Assembly: GCA_013239625.1 (NCBI GenBank)
Contig: MU056050.1
Location: forward strand, 3,768,084 to 3,832,083
Origin: Lama guanicoe
Taxonomy: Eukaryota
Length of the DNA: 64,000 nucleotides
Direction: 5' to 3'
This document shows, piece by piece, positions 13,428 to 24,929 of the stretch; the stretch's first letter is position 1, and every line of letters begins with the position of its first letter. Below the pieces are notes generated by a model. That model had not been told where the DNA came from, did not search any database, and saw only the letters and a list, made by a program, of their open reading frames with translations. Made by a program: the position numbers and the translations under genes.

Positions 13428-13650
13428 GATTGAACATTTACTAAATGCCAAGCACTGTGTTTTTATGCATTATCTTTCTTAATGCTCAAAAGAAATCTGT
13501 CAGGTAGATACTATTTTTATTTCCCTTTTACTTGGAGATGTTAAATACCTTGTCCCAGGTCTCGAAGATAATAAGTTGTAAAGCTGGGTTTGAACCAAAG
13601 TTGTTCTGACTTCAAAGCTCAAGCTCTCGGCTACTAGGTAATAGTGCCTT
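13428..13650 (-). mobile_element. MIR SINE
   Basis: 'tgaacatttactaaatgccaagcactgtg...aggtagatactatt...ttgtcccaggtc...ctgggtttgaacc...tctgacttcaaagctc'. Confidence 0.85.
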
Positions 13651-13823
13651 TTTGAGAATCTTCTAGCTAATGTGGATTGAAAAGGTGGCCTGGAGTCTTA
13701 AAATTGTTTAGACTGTAAGTCCAGAAGGACACTTTATTAGCTGGTGGGTCATTATTGATGCTACTCATGAACATTCTGAGTTGAGGCAGTATGTTCTTGC
13801 AGAAGGGAACCAAACAAATAATC

Positions 13824-14209
13824 TGTGGTGGGTATACAAACGTTTACCAGAATCTCTGATTCTCTTCTCCTTTTGGGCATATGCCTATTTTAAGTTAAGT
13901 ATAGTCATATGACTTGCTTTATCTAATGAGATGAGAAAAGTGACCCGTGCCATTTCTGGTTAGAAGTGTAAGGTTCTCCATGTTCTCTTTCTTTGCTATA
14001 ATAATTCTGGAAGCATGTATTTATCATGTTTAGGATGAGGAAGAAAGACCAAAGCAGCCTGAAATACTGAATGACCAAATAGAGGTTAGATGCCCTGGAG
14101 ATTTTCCCAGACTCAGAGTGGACTTTGTGTGAGTGAGAAATAAACTTTTGATGTGTAAGCTACTGGAATGTTGGTTCACAGTGTAAACTCGCCTAATCTG
14201 ATCAAAACA
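13824..14209 (+). mobile_element. MaLR solo LTR (MLT1I/J-like)
   Basis: 'tgtggtggg...catatgacttgctttatctaatgagatg...tggactttgtgtgagtgagaaataaactttt...aaaaca'. Confidence 0.75.
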
Positions 14210-15890
14210 CATTCATTCACATGCCTCTAATTTTCATGAGCAATACAGGCTAACTTGTTTGTGTCTTAGTTTTTTGTTTTAAAATTATGATTTCTAGTCT
14301 ATGCCTTCCTCCTAAGATTTTTTTGGGGCAAATCACATGATCACATGAGAGAACATACATGAAAGCTCTCTGTAAACTGCAAGGCAGTGTAATATTTATT
14401 ATTATTAAAGTAGGAATCATGGTTTCTCTTTCACCTTTATTATTTGGTGAGCAGTGGTCAGTGATGTCACTGATTTTTCAAAAGGTAGGATTAGAAGACA
14501 AAATGTATTTTTTGGATTTGTAACAAAATGATAAAGTTCAAATGTACATACTGATGCATTTCAAGAGAAAAAAAGTTGCTTAATACAACATAGAGAATAA
14601 TAGGATATGCTCAATTGCAATAGAAATTGGAAAAGGAGTTACACTAGAACCTATAAAGAAACAAAACCCAATGATGACAACAATGAAAAATATTTATTTC
14701 AAGGATAGCATAATATTTTTAAATAGCTAGAGCTACATACATGAGACTTTTAATAACTTTTACAACATGTTCAGCATTTATGAGATTTCTTATTAGTTCT
14801 CATTGTCAGGGATGGGAAATCCACACTTAAAGTTAATATTGGGAGCAAAGGGACCAATGTTGCCAGAAATTGAAATGAAATATAAAGAGATAGGAATTAA
14901 ATTTCAGTCTGTGTTTCTTTGTCTTATCTTCCACCAGTCTGAGGGACATAAAAACAGCTCCTAGTGAAGAGAAAAATGGCCTTTAATGATTTACTACCCA
15001 TAAACCCCAGAAGTGTCACTATGAACATGGTATGATATATAAGCAAAGATGAATCACAAGCTCTATACTTTGAATGTCTATAGCCGGGCTTCATATATTT
15101 AGTCCCTTGATAAAATCTCTTCTGAGAGATAGGGCTATCTTAAACATGTAATTTTCAAAATTCCAGATAATATACGTGACTATTTCCGCCTCCCAGAAGT
15201 AGAGATTACTTCCTTCACCCCTCCTAATATCAACCCGACATAGTGACTTGTTTCACAGGGATGGCATATGGAAAGTGAAAAATACTAACTTTATAGTTGA
15301 ACAACCTGGCAAATACTGCCTTAAAAAACTGGTTTGTGTTAATATCACCAGTCATATCATATATACATATATATGTATATGTCATGTACCTCTTGTTATG
15401 ATGTCATGAGACAGGCACTTCACCTCTGCAGTATTCTTCCCCCAAATTCATAATCCTAGTCTAATATTGAGAAGAGAGAACATCAGAAAACCCAAATAAG
15501 GATACATTCTACAAAATACATAACCAGTTGTCCTCAAAACTGTCAAAGTCATGAAGAACAAGGAAAGAATCTGAGAAACTGTCTAAGACCAGAGGAGACT
15601 AAGGAGACATAAACTAAACTACATATAATATTGTTTCCTGGATGGGATCCTAGAATAAAAAAAAGTACACAAAGGAAAAGCTGGTAAGGTCTGCATAAAA
15701 GCTGTAGTTCAGTTAATAATATGGAGACTTTTTTAAAAAGTTTTGACAAATGCATCATAATAATGAAGATGATAGCATTATAGGAAAACGAAACTGAGTG
15801 AAGAATATATGGGAACTCTCTTGTATTAGGATTCTCCAGAAAATAGAAACAAGTGGGTATATATGTGTGTATATATATTTTTTGGTTATA

Positions 15891-17955
15891 CAGGCATACC
15901 TCTTTTTATTGCACTTTCCTTTATTGTGCTTTGCAGATACTGCATTTTTTAGAAATTGAAACGTTGTGGCAACTCTATATTGAGCAAGTCTGTTGACACC
16001 ATTTTTCCAGCAGCATTTACTCACTTCAGGTCTCTGTGTCATATTTTCTCCTTGGGCCTCTCTGTTCCCTGATATACAACAATATTGAAGATAGGCCGAT
16101 TAATAACCCTACAGTGGCATCTAAGTGGTCACGTGAAAGGAAGAATCACATGTTTTTTCACTTTAAATCAAAAGGTAGAAATGATTAAGCTTGGTGAAGA
16201 AGGCATGTCAAAAGCTCCAGGATAGGCTGAAAGCTAGGCCTCTTGTGCCAGTTAGCCAAGTTGTGAATGCAAAGGAAAAGTTCTTGAAAAAATTAAACGT
16301 GCTACTCCAGTAAGCACATGAGTGATAAGAAAGCGAAACAGATTATTGCTGATACAGAGAAAGTTTGAGTGGTCCGGATAGAAGGTCAAACCAGCCAGAA
16401 CATTGCCTTAAGCCAAAAAGCCTAATCCAGAGCAAGGCCCTAACTCTCTTCAACTCTGTGAAGGCTGAGAGAGATGAGGAAGCTGCAGAAGAAAAGTTTG
16501 AAGCTAGCAGAGGTTGGTTCACGAGGTTTAAGGAAAGACGCCATATCCATAACATCAAAGTGCAAGGTGAAGCAGTAAATGCTGACGTAGAAGCTGCAGC
16601 CAGTTATCCAGAAGATCAAGCTTGGATAATTGATGAAGGTGGTTACACCACTCAACAGATTTTCACTGCAGAAACAGGGCCCATAAGAATTATGCTAAAT
16701 CGACTCTGCTTGTGCTCTACAAAAGGAAAAACAAAGCCTGGATGACAGCATATCTGTTTACAACATGGTTTACTGAATATTTTAAGCCTACTTTTGAGAC
16801 CTACCACTCAGATTCTGTTCAGAATGTTACTGCTCATTGACCAATGCACCAGGTCACTCAAGAGCTCTGATGGAGATGTAAAATGAGATTAATGTTGTTT
16901 TCATGCAACACAACATCGATTCTTTTTTTCCACGGGTGGACAAATCAACATCTATTCTGCAGCCCATGGATCAAACAGCAATTTTGACTTTCTAGTCTTA
17001 TTATTTGAGAAATACATTTCTTAAGACTATAGATGCCATAGATAGTGGTTCTCTAATGGATCTGGGCAAAGTAAATTGAACACCTTCTGGAAAGGATTCA
17101 CCATCCTAGATGCCATTAGGAACATTTGTGATTTACAGGAGGAGGTCAAAATATCAGCGTTACCTGGAGTTTGGAAGAAGTCAGTTCCAACCCTCATGGA
17201 TGATTTGGAGGGGTTAAATACTTCACTGGAGGAAGTCATCACAGATGTAGTAGAAATAGCAAAAGAACTAGAATTAGAAGTAGAGCCTAAAGATGTGACT
17301 GAATTGCTGTGGTCTCATGATAGAATTTTAACGGATGAGGAGTTGTTTCTCATGGGTGAGCAAAGAAAGTGTTTTTTGTATGTTTCGGAGATGGAATCTA
17401 CTCCCTATGAAGATTATTGAAATGACAACGAAGAGCTTAGGAAATTGCATAAACTTAATTGATAAAGCTGGGGCATGGTTTGAGAGGACTGACTCCAGTT
17501 TTGAGAGAAGTTCTCCTATGGGTAAAATGTTATCAAACAGCATTGCATACTACAGAGTAATTGTTTGTGAAAGGAAGAGAATGAATGTGACAAACTTCAT
17601 TGTTGTCTTATTTTAAGAAATTGCCACAGCCACCCTAGCCTTCGGCAACCACCACCCTGATGAGTCGACAGCCATCATTATCAAGGCAAGACCCTCCACC
17701 AACAAAAAGATTACAACTTGCTGACAGCTGAGATGGTGGTTAGCATTTTCAGTAATAAAGTATTTTTAAATTAAGGTATATACATTGTTTTTTAGACATA
17801 ATGCTATTGCACACTTAACAGACCACAGTATAGAGTAAACATAACTGTTAAATGTACTGAGAAACCAAAAAATTCTTGTGACTCGTTTTTATTATGTTAT
17901 TTGTTTTATTGTAGTGGTCTGGAACCAAATATGCATTATCTCTGAAGTGTGCCTG
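15891..17955 (+). mobile_element. Tigger1 (TcMar-Tigger/pogo) DNA transposon with internal deletions
   Basis: TIRs caggcatacctc ... gaagtgtgcctg; TA TSD at 15889-15890 and 17956-17957; transposase peptides in the ORF track. Confidence 0.95.
16114..17743 (+). pseudogene. Dead Tigger1 (CENP-B/pogo-like) transposase
   Basis: Peptides '[44 protein letters not shown]' and '[28 protein letters not shown]'; start codon reads GTG; frameshifts, stops and a deletion in the DDE domain. Confidence 0.9.
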
Positions 17956-18464
17956 TATGTAATACAGTGTGTTGTACTAGTGTAATGTGGTTCCAGTCCA
18001 TGTCCAAAGGTTGGAGGGGAAATAAAGCACAAAAAAAGTCAGTCAGAAAGGAGGAAATTCCCTCTTACTCAAGAGAGGTTCAGCCTTTTTGTTCTACTCA
18101 GGACTTCAAATGATTAGATGGGGCCCACCCCCATAGAGGAGGGCCATATGCTTTATTCACTGTACCAGTTCAGATGTTAATCTCATCCAGAAACACTGTC
18201 ATGGACATACCTTGAATAATGTTTGACCAAATGTCTGGACACCTCGTGGGCCAGTCAAGCTGGCACATAAAATTAACCATCACGTCTCTATAGTACCTTT
18301 TCAACCTTTCTGTAAATCTAACATTATGCCCAAACAAAAATTCATCTAAAAATGTCTATCCAGAATGCTTGATCTCTGGTTATGCAGGGATCAAATTGAA
18401 CAACTGCTGTAAATGCCTTTTAGGTGGCACTTTGATACAAAGTAATGATAACTGCACCTCAAAT

Positions 18465-18560
18465 CACTGTAAGCTGCTTCAGCCCAGTACTCAATGGTAT
18501 TCTTCTCTGTATCTCTAGCACCTAGCACAGTCCTTGACAAATATTTTTGAAGGAATAAAC
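18465..18560 (+). mobile_element. L2 3' end fragment
   Basis: 'tctctgtatctctagcacctagcacagtccttgaca...tttttgaaggaataaa'. Confidence 0.65.
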
Positions 18561-19770
18561 ATTAGCACTTCATGATAAAAAGTTTCAAATTGTATTTTCA
18601 TGGAAATGGGCCAGGAAACTTCCTCTCAACTTCTTCAGAGATTTAAAAAAATGTCTTTCAGATGAAGCTCTTAGAAGGGTTAAAAAACATACCCTCTAAT
18701 ATATCAAGTGCAACAATGTAGAAGCAAGTGGCTGCAAATCACTCTTGGGGGTCTCCCAACATACAGAAGCTGTTCAAGCTGTGCTTCGGTGTTTTATGAT
18801 GTCAGCAAGGGCCTTCTCAGTGAATGATTACAACCTTGTATTTATTCACTGTCCATCTTTTATCTTATAATGCAATTGCTGTTCCAAGTTGTAAATTTGA
18901 ACATTCTTATTTGGATCTTTCAGAGCATGTAACCTAGAATCCTGTGGATGTATGATTTTCTGTGTTATTGCAGGATCTTATCACAAAGTACATTCTTCAA
19001 CATTCTCACATTTGAGCTCATAGGCATATGTGAATGAAATGTGTACATTTGTTTTGAGATTAAAATGTGCAAGAATATTCAGCTTCTATCTTGCTTTATT
19101 CTAAAACCAAAACTGAATATTAAATGAATGTCTACATGAAATACAGAATGTATACTCTTAAACCAGTGCTTAAGGCATATACAGCGTGAATTGTTATAAT
19201 GATATTTCCCCATGATTTTTTCTTAATTTCAAACAGTTTTGAATGTCTAAAATTATAGCCTTTAATGCAAAGTACTTTTTTTGAACACACTTTAAAAATT
19301 TTATTCAGAAAGTTGATCTATATTTAAGTTTTAGAAATAAACTGAGATTAGAACTAGAGAGAAAAAGGAATGAGATAGAGAAAGGTCAGTAAATGTAAGA
19401 ATAAAGTATCAAGTTGAGATGAGAGAGGGTAGGAAGCAGGTGTGTAGTGTTATTTTGACTGAGTTTTGACAAAGAAAATAAATCAAAACTCAATCACTCT
19501 TCTGGAAATAGTCCTCAAGATAAAGGCAGAAAACTGCAGGCACTTTTCCAAAGTTGAAAAGAAGGGAGGTCCTTGTAGTTTACCCATTTAATCAAATTGA
19601 TGAAGAACCTCTTGTCTAGGTTATTATCCTAAGACAACAGTTTAGTCTTCCATCATGTTTGAAGTGGTAGACAGAAATTCTTGCAGGGACCTGGGCACAT
19701 TTTGCCTATGGGAAAGACCTCCCTCCCACCCAGCCCTATTTTAGAGAATTCAGATGATCTCACTACCATA

Positions 19771-20190
19771 TGTGATGATTAATTTTGTGTTATCTTGGAT
19801 AGGGCCAGTTATTTAACCAAATACTAATCTAGGTGTTGCCGTGAAGGTATTTTTTTCCCATGTGGTTAACATCTACAATCAGTTGGATTTAGGAGATTAC
19901 CTTCAATAATGTGGGTAGGCCTCTTCCAATTGGTTTAAGGCCTTAAGAGCAAAAATTGAGGTTTCCCAGAGAAAAAGAAATTCTGCCTCAAGATTGCAGA
20001 ATTAACTCCTGCCTGATTTTTCACACTGTTGGCCTGCCTGACGCTTTCATACTTACTGCTTCCCCAATTTTGTGAGCCAATTCCTTAGAAATAAATCATA
20101 TATATATATAGTATATAATACATATTTATTCATTTATTTATTAATATTCCTGTTAGTTTAGTTTCTCTGGAGAATCCTTACTGATATACA
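19771..20190 (+). mobile_element. ERVL solo LTR (MLT2D-like)
   Basis: 'tgtgatgattaatttt...ctaggtgttgccgtgaaggtattt...gtgagccaattccttagaaataaatc...gtttctctggagaatcc...taca'. Confidence 0.9.
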
Positions 20191-20561
20191 GTCCTTATCC
20201 CAGAGTTTTTAAATAAAGTTAAAACTAAGTAGAAAATAATGATAATAGTGGGGGCAATCAGTCAAATTCTATATAATCATCTTCTCCTTGTACTTTTCAG
20301 CCTTGTCATCAGTTTGTTGGATAGCTGGTCAGTGAAATTAGGAAAGTTATTTTCAAAAGTGCATGAAGTAGAAAAGTCTTAATATAAGGTTCTAATTAGA
20401 ATGATTGATAGAAGTGTTGCATAATCAGATATAATTGGTCAGTGTTTAGAAGTGCCTTCTGAAAGTCAAGTGCTTTACAAATGGGAAAAATATAAATTCT
20501 CTCAAAATCCTTAAATATTTTCAAGATACATATATTTCTCATATAATTATCTAAACTATGC

Positions 20562-20731
20562 ATAGCAGAATTGACAGTAACGTTCTCTATAATGATGAGT
20601 ATGTGGCTATTGTGTGCTGGAAATGTGAGTAGGATGATGGAGAAACTAAATTGTAAATCTTATTCATTTGGTTAATTTAAATATAAATATATAAGACATG
20701 TAACTAGTGGCTACCACATTGGACAGTATGG
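20562..20731 (+). mobile_element. MER3-like hAT-Charlie element
   Basis: 'atgtggctattg...gaaatgtg...aatttaaat...catgtaactagtggctaccacattggacag'. Confidence 0.75.
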
Positions 20732-22960
20732 ACTTTATTATATTTATTTCAAATATGAACCTTAAGTTTAAGTAAAAAATAGACATTTGTAGGGTCACAA
20801 TAAAATGAGTAATATAATTATGGTGCATTCAGTTTCTTTATTATGTCACATTAAATGTAAATTTCCATTATTATGTTCTCTGAAGATAGTATAGGTACAG
20901 GTATCATCTTAAAAAGATTTTGTTTGAATATTTTGTACAACATTTTAAATGTATTCAGTGGTAAGAAGTAGATTTAGTTGATCAAAACTTTTATTTAGAG
21001 TGATTTTTTTAATGTCTGATACAGCATCCATCTAAAATAAAGCTGTATATCTTCTCATAACATCTATTTTTTAAAAATAACTTCTGTATGCATAAAAATG
21101 TCAGGGTGAAATATCATTATTACTAGACAGATTTTTTTTTTTAGAGCTTGTGTAGTACAAAATAATAAACCTTCAATTAGACTAGGGATAAAAAGTGGCT
21201 TAAGCATGTTGGATCATTTAAACTCTGAAGGGTGTTACTCTTTTACTAAGGAGAAGAAACCACAGCCTTGAGAGCAAAGCGCTTTGGAGTTCAGCCATAA
21301 ACTGTCCTTTCATATATTCTCATTTGGAAGTGAGCCTTCCAGATTAGCCATATTGCCACAGTGGGGATGTTAAACGTTTATAAAGAAATAGCTCCCCCCA
21401 AACTTGTCTAACTACAAATTAAGTTACAGAGTATAATATTTACACAGAGAATCATTTGAACCAATGATGAAGCCACAACTAGAGGTATGCTTTGGAATTT
21501 ACATTCAAGAACAGCATGCTTATTTTGAGCAAGATTTCTTTACCAAAAATTTGGACAAATCCAAATGAATTTATGGGGATAATGGACTCTTGCAGAAGTT
21601 CTGAGATGTATGCTTGCTGCAAATAATCATGCTTTCTCAACTTGTCTGTTAGCCCAAGCTACACATTTTAAATGATCAGATGGAATTTCTTGAGATTGTC
21701 TGAAGCATTCCAGAGAGGATTTTAAGAATTTGAGGTCATTTGCAACTTTCTTTTATTATGGGTGTAAGTCTTCCTAGAACAAGTCAGTCTGTTTTCCAAC
21801 TCCTGTAATTTCTCTCAGTTTAGTTTCATTCGACATTGGTTGTATATTCAGGGAAAAAGAAGTATAATTATGCATTTCTAGCAGTTGTCTGTAGCCCTGT
21901 CCTAACTACCTTTTATAGAATAACAGCTCTTTGAAGGCAATGACTGGATCCATTATTTAACAGATAACCTGACCCACTCATACACTGCGATATTTATTTG
22001 TTACCAAAGAAAGGCTTTTGATGATAATGCATTTGATGATAATCAAAAGGTTTTCTTGACTAAATGTGGAAGACTTCATTGGTATCAGTTCACCATATGG
22101 GATGGGAATTAGGTTGTTTTTAGATTCAACTCCGATTGACTTCATGTAAGGTTATCACTGAATAAAAACTTCAGAATTATCCTTTTGTGATTAATTTCTG
22201 TTTGGGAAAAATCACATCATAGAGCATTTTACCCACCTTCCTCCCTACTGTTCTTTTCCATTTTGGGGGACAGGAAAGATTGAGTTATTGATATTATTGG
22301 GACTAAACAAATTGGATATTTAATGCTTTTCATTTTATTTCACATGACCCTTCAAATGTCTGCTTTGGGAATGAAACTCATCATTCTATGAGTGAAATAC
22401 AGGAAACATTATCTTTTTTTTTTTTTGGTTGCAAACAAAGTTCCCCCAGAACAAGATTTTTTTAATCTTTGGCATTAAACCTGAAACCCATCTGTGTTGA
22501 AAATTAATTTTTTGCTTTGGGGCACATTATATTTACATATTTTCTTTTTATTTCACAATATTTAATGTAGTGAGAAAATAGCTTCTTAAGCTAAGCATGG
22601 AGTCCAACTCACAGGAGCACAAGGTAGGGAAATCTCTGCAATGTATAACCACATCTGAGAATATTATTTTTACAATAATCATTTGAAAAATAGCAACTAC
22701 ATAATGATTTGTTCATATTTTTCAAAGTTATATCATCTGTATGAAACTTATTTAATAAAATACTTTGAATTTTAATGAAAAATTGATGAAAATAAACTAT
22801 GCCTAAAATTATGTATTCTAAACTTTTCATTCAATAAGCAACCTTATAAACCTCAAATTGGTCAGAAAAGCAGTGTCCATGATTCTACCTTCTTTCTAAG
22901 TTAGGTAAAACCACACAGAATGCTTATCTGCTCTTTTTCTTTATTGGTATTGTCATAAAC

Positions 22961-23180
22961 CTGTGGTTTTCAATGGAAAGTGCTTTTGTCCCCGAAGTGA
23001 GCATTTCTTTTAGCATTTTCTGCAGGAAGTTTTAGTTGTCATTATTAGGGAGGGAGGTGCTACTGGCATCTACTGGGCAGAGACTAAGGGTGCTGATAAA
23101 TGTCCCATAATGCACGAGACATCCCCAGAGAACAGAGAATTATCCAGGGCAAAATGTTGATAGTGCCAAGGGTGAGAAAA
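22961..23180 (+). mobile_element. MER20 hAT-Charlie element
   Basis: 'ggtgctactggcatctactgggcagag...aatgcacgagaca...agaattatccagggcaaaatgttgatagtgccaagggtgagaaa'. Confidence 0.85.
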
Positions 23181-23334
23181 GAAAGAGAAAGGTTCAAACA
23201 GGCAGAAAATCTCATCCAAAAGGAAATTGAGATTGTGTCAAATAATTATACTGTCCATTTCTGTATTCAAATACCAGGTCCTGTCATAAACTGACTCATA
23301 GGCTTCTTTATTCAGAATGATAGAAGTGTGAATT

Positions 23335-23440
23335 ATCGCTACAATGGCAATCATAAAGAGGTATATACACATATCAAATCAACACATTATATACCTTAAA
23401 TTTACACAAATGTTATATGTCAAATATATTTCAAAAAAAG
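23335..23440 (+). mobile_element. Short L1 3' end fragment
   Basis: 'atatcaaatcaacacattatataccttaaatttacacaaatgttatatgtcaaatatatttcaaaaaaa'. Confidence 0.7.
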
Positions 23441-23724
23441 GTCAAACTAAATGAGAACTTTAAAAATATGTAAAGAAAAAACTAAGAGAAACTGAAATGC
23501 TTCTTAAGAAATTAAAAAAAAAAACCCTCAAATCTGGAATACCACTGAAACACATGGAACATGAACCCAGAAGGATATAGTGCTTCTTAAAACTCTGATA
23601 CGTGACCTGTCTATACATCTATTGCCTAAGGATGATTTGTATCATGATGATTATGAAGGAAAGGTTAAAATAGATTATTTGTATTTAGTTTTTACATCAA
23701 AGGCCACAGAAGGCGCCTAGGTCA

Positions 23725-23905
23725 GATTGAATCTCTTTCAAATTCTAGCTAAGGCATTAATTAGTTATGTGACTATAGGGAACTTAGCCTTGCTAAGTCT
23801 TAAATTTCTTATCTGTGAAATGGAATACTAATAATTACTAAATAGAGTCATTGTAAGGATTAAATGAAATAAGTATAGAAGAACCAAAAGAGTAGTCGCT
23901 GACAT
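23725..23905 (+). mobile_element. MIR SINE
   Basis: 'ttcaaattctagct...tagttatgtgac...tttcttatctgtgaaatggaata...ttgtaaggattaaatgaaata'. Confidence 0.8.
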
Positions 23906-24575
23906 TATGATACTAACTTTACGTCTTATTGACTGGCAGCCCATGTATAAAAAATGTAATATAATTATTAGTATATTAATATTAATATATTAACTAAAAT
24001 ATATGACTGATGAATCCCCATCATCACAAATTGTGCCAATAACAGTGAGGGATGTACTTATCTTTCTATTCTTCTTATCACTTTGGAAACTCTATCTAAA
24101 TTTTTTACTCCTATCATCATATTTTTTAGCATTACTGCTTTGTAGTTTTCCACAAACAGTAAATGACTGTATTTCAGCTTCCCCCACTGAATATCTACCA
24201 TTTGTCATAATCTGCATACTATATTTATATAAATTTGAATGATGTCAATGCTAACATCACATGGACCTAAGGCTTTCCAGAGATTTAGATTCACTAATGA
24301 TACGAGAACACTGAATAAGGAACTACAGCATGTAATTTCTCCATGGTATTCAGATATACCAGAAATATCAAAAGATGCATACAGATTTCAGTAATAAACA
24401 AAATAAAAGCTGGAAACAAAATATACTTGACCTATAATGGAATTTAGCTTCTTAGAATTTTAATAAATTTATTTATTAAATCTTACTTAGGGGACATTTA
24501 ATTAATTCTAATTTCAGAAAACATTCTAATTTCAGATAAATCACTGTAAATTAAATAACTTGCTGCTTTATAGAC

Positions 24576-24929
24576 TGTTATGGACTGAATGTGCCTCCTC
24601 AAAATTTATATATTGAAGCCCTAACCCATGTGATGGTATTAGGAGGTGGGCCTTTGGGAAATGATTCGGTCATGAGGATTGAGCCCTCATGAATGGAATT
24701 GGTGCCTTGTAAAATAAGCCCTAGAGAGCTCCCTTACTGTCTTTCCACCATGCAAGGATACATGGAGAATTCAGCAGTTTGCATCTTAGAAGAGAACCCT
24801 CTCCAAAACCCAACCATGCTGGCACCCTGGATCTCAGGCTTTCAGCCTCCAGAACTATAAGAAATAAATTTCTGTTGCTTATAAGCTGCCCAATCTACAG
24901 TACTTTGTTATAGCAGCCCAAAGTAAGAG
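24576..24929 (+). mobile_element. MaLR solo LTR (MLT1A-like)
   Basis: 'tgttatggactgaatgtg...gtgatggtattaggaggtgggcctttggg...catgctggcaccctg...cagcctccagaactataagaaataaatttctgttg...ttatagcagccc'. Confidence 0.92.

Larger units (their letters stand above)
15822..18284 (-). mobile_element. ERVL solo LTR (MLT2), split by Tigger1
   Basis: 'tgtattaggattctccaga' ... 'ccagtcaagctggcacataaaattaaccatcacg'; perfect 5-bp TSD TCTCT at 15817-15821 and 18285-18289. Confidence 0.9.
15165..18350 (+). mobile_element. L1MC-type 3' UTR, split by MLT2 and Tigger1 (L1 parts about 15165-15821 and 18285-18350)
   Basis: 'cctcaaaactgtcaaagtcatgaagaacaaggaaag...ctgagaaactgtc...gggatcctagaat...atatgggaactctct' resumes as '...ttctgtaaatctaacattat'. 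Confidence 0.85.

Noticed and set aside
15361..15380. 20-bp palindrome atatacatatatatgtatat (and tatattaatattaatata near 23972)
   Set aside because: Low-complexity (AT)n sequence is self-complementary by default.
16365..17616. ORFs resembling TIGD1/CENP-B-like genes
   Set aside because: They lie between Tigger1 TIRs with frameshifts, stops and a catalytic-domain deletion, so this is a dead transposon and not a domesticated gene.
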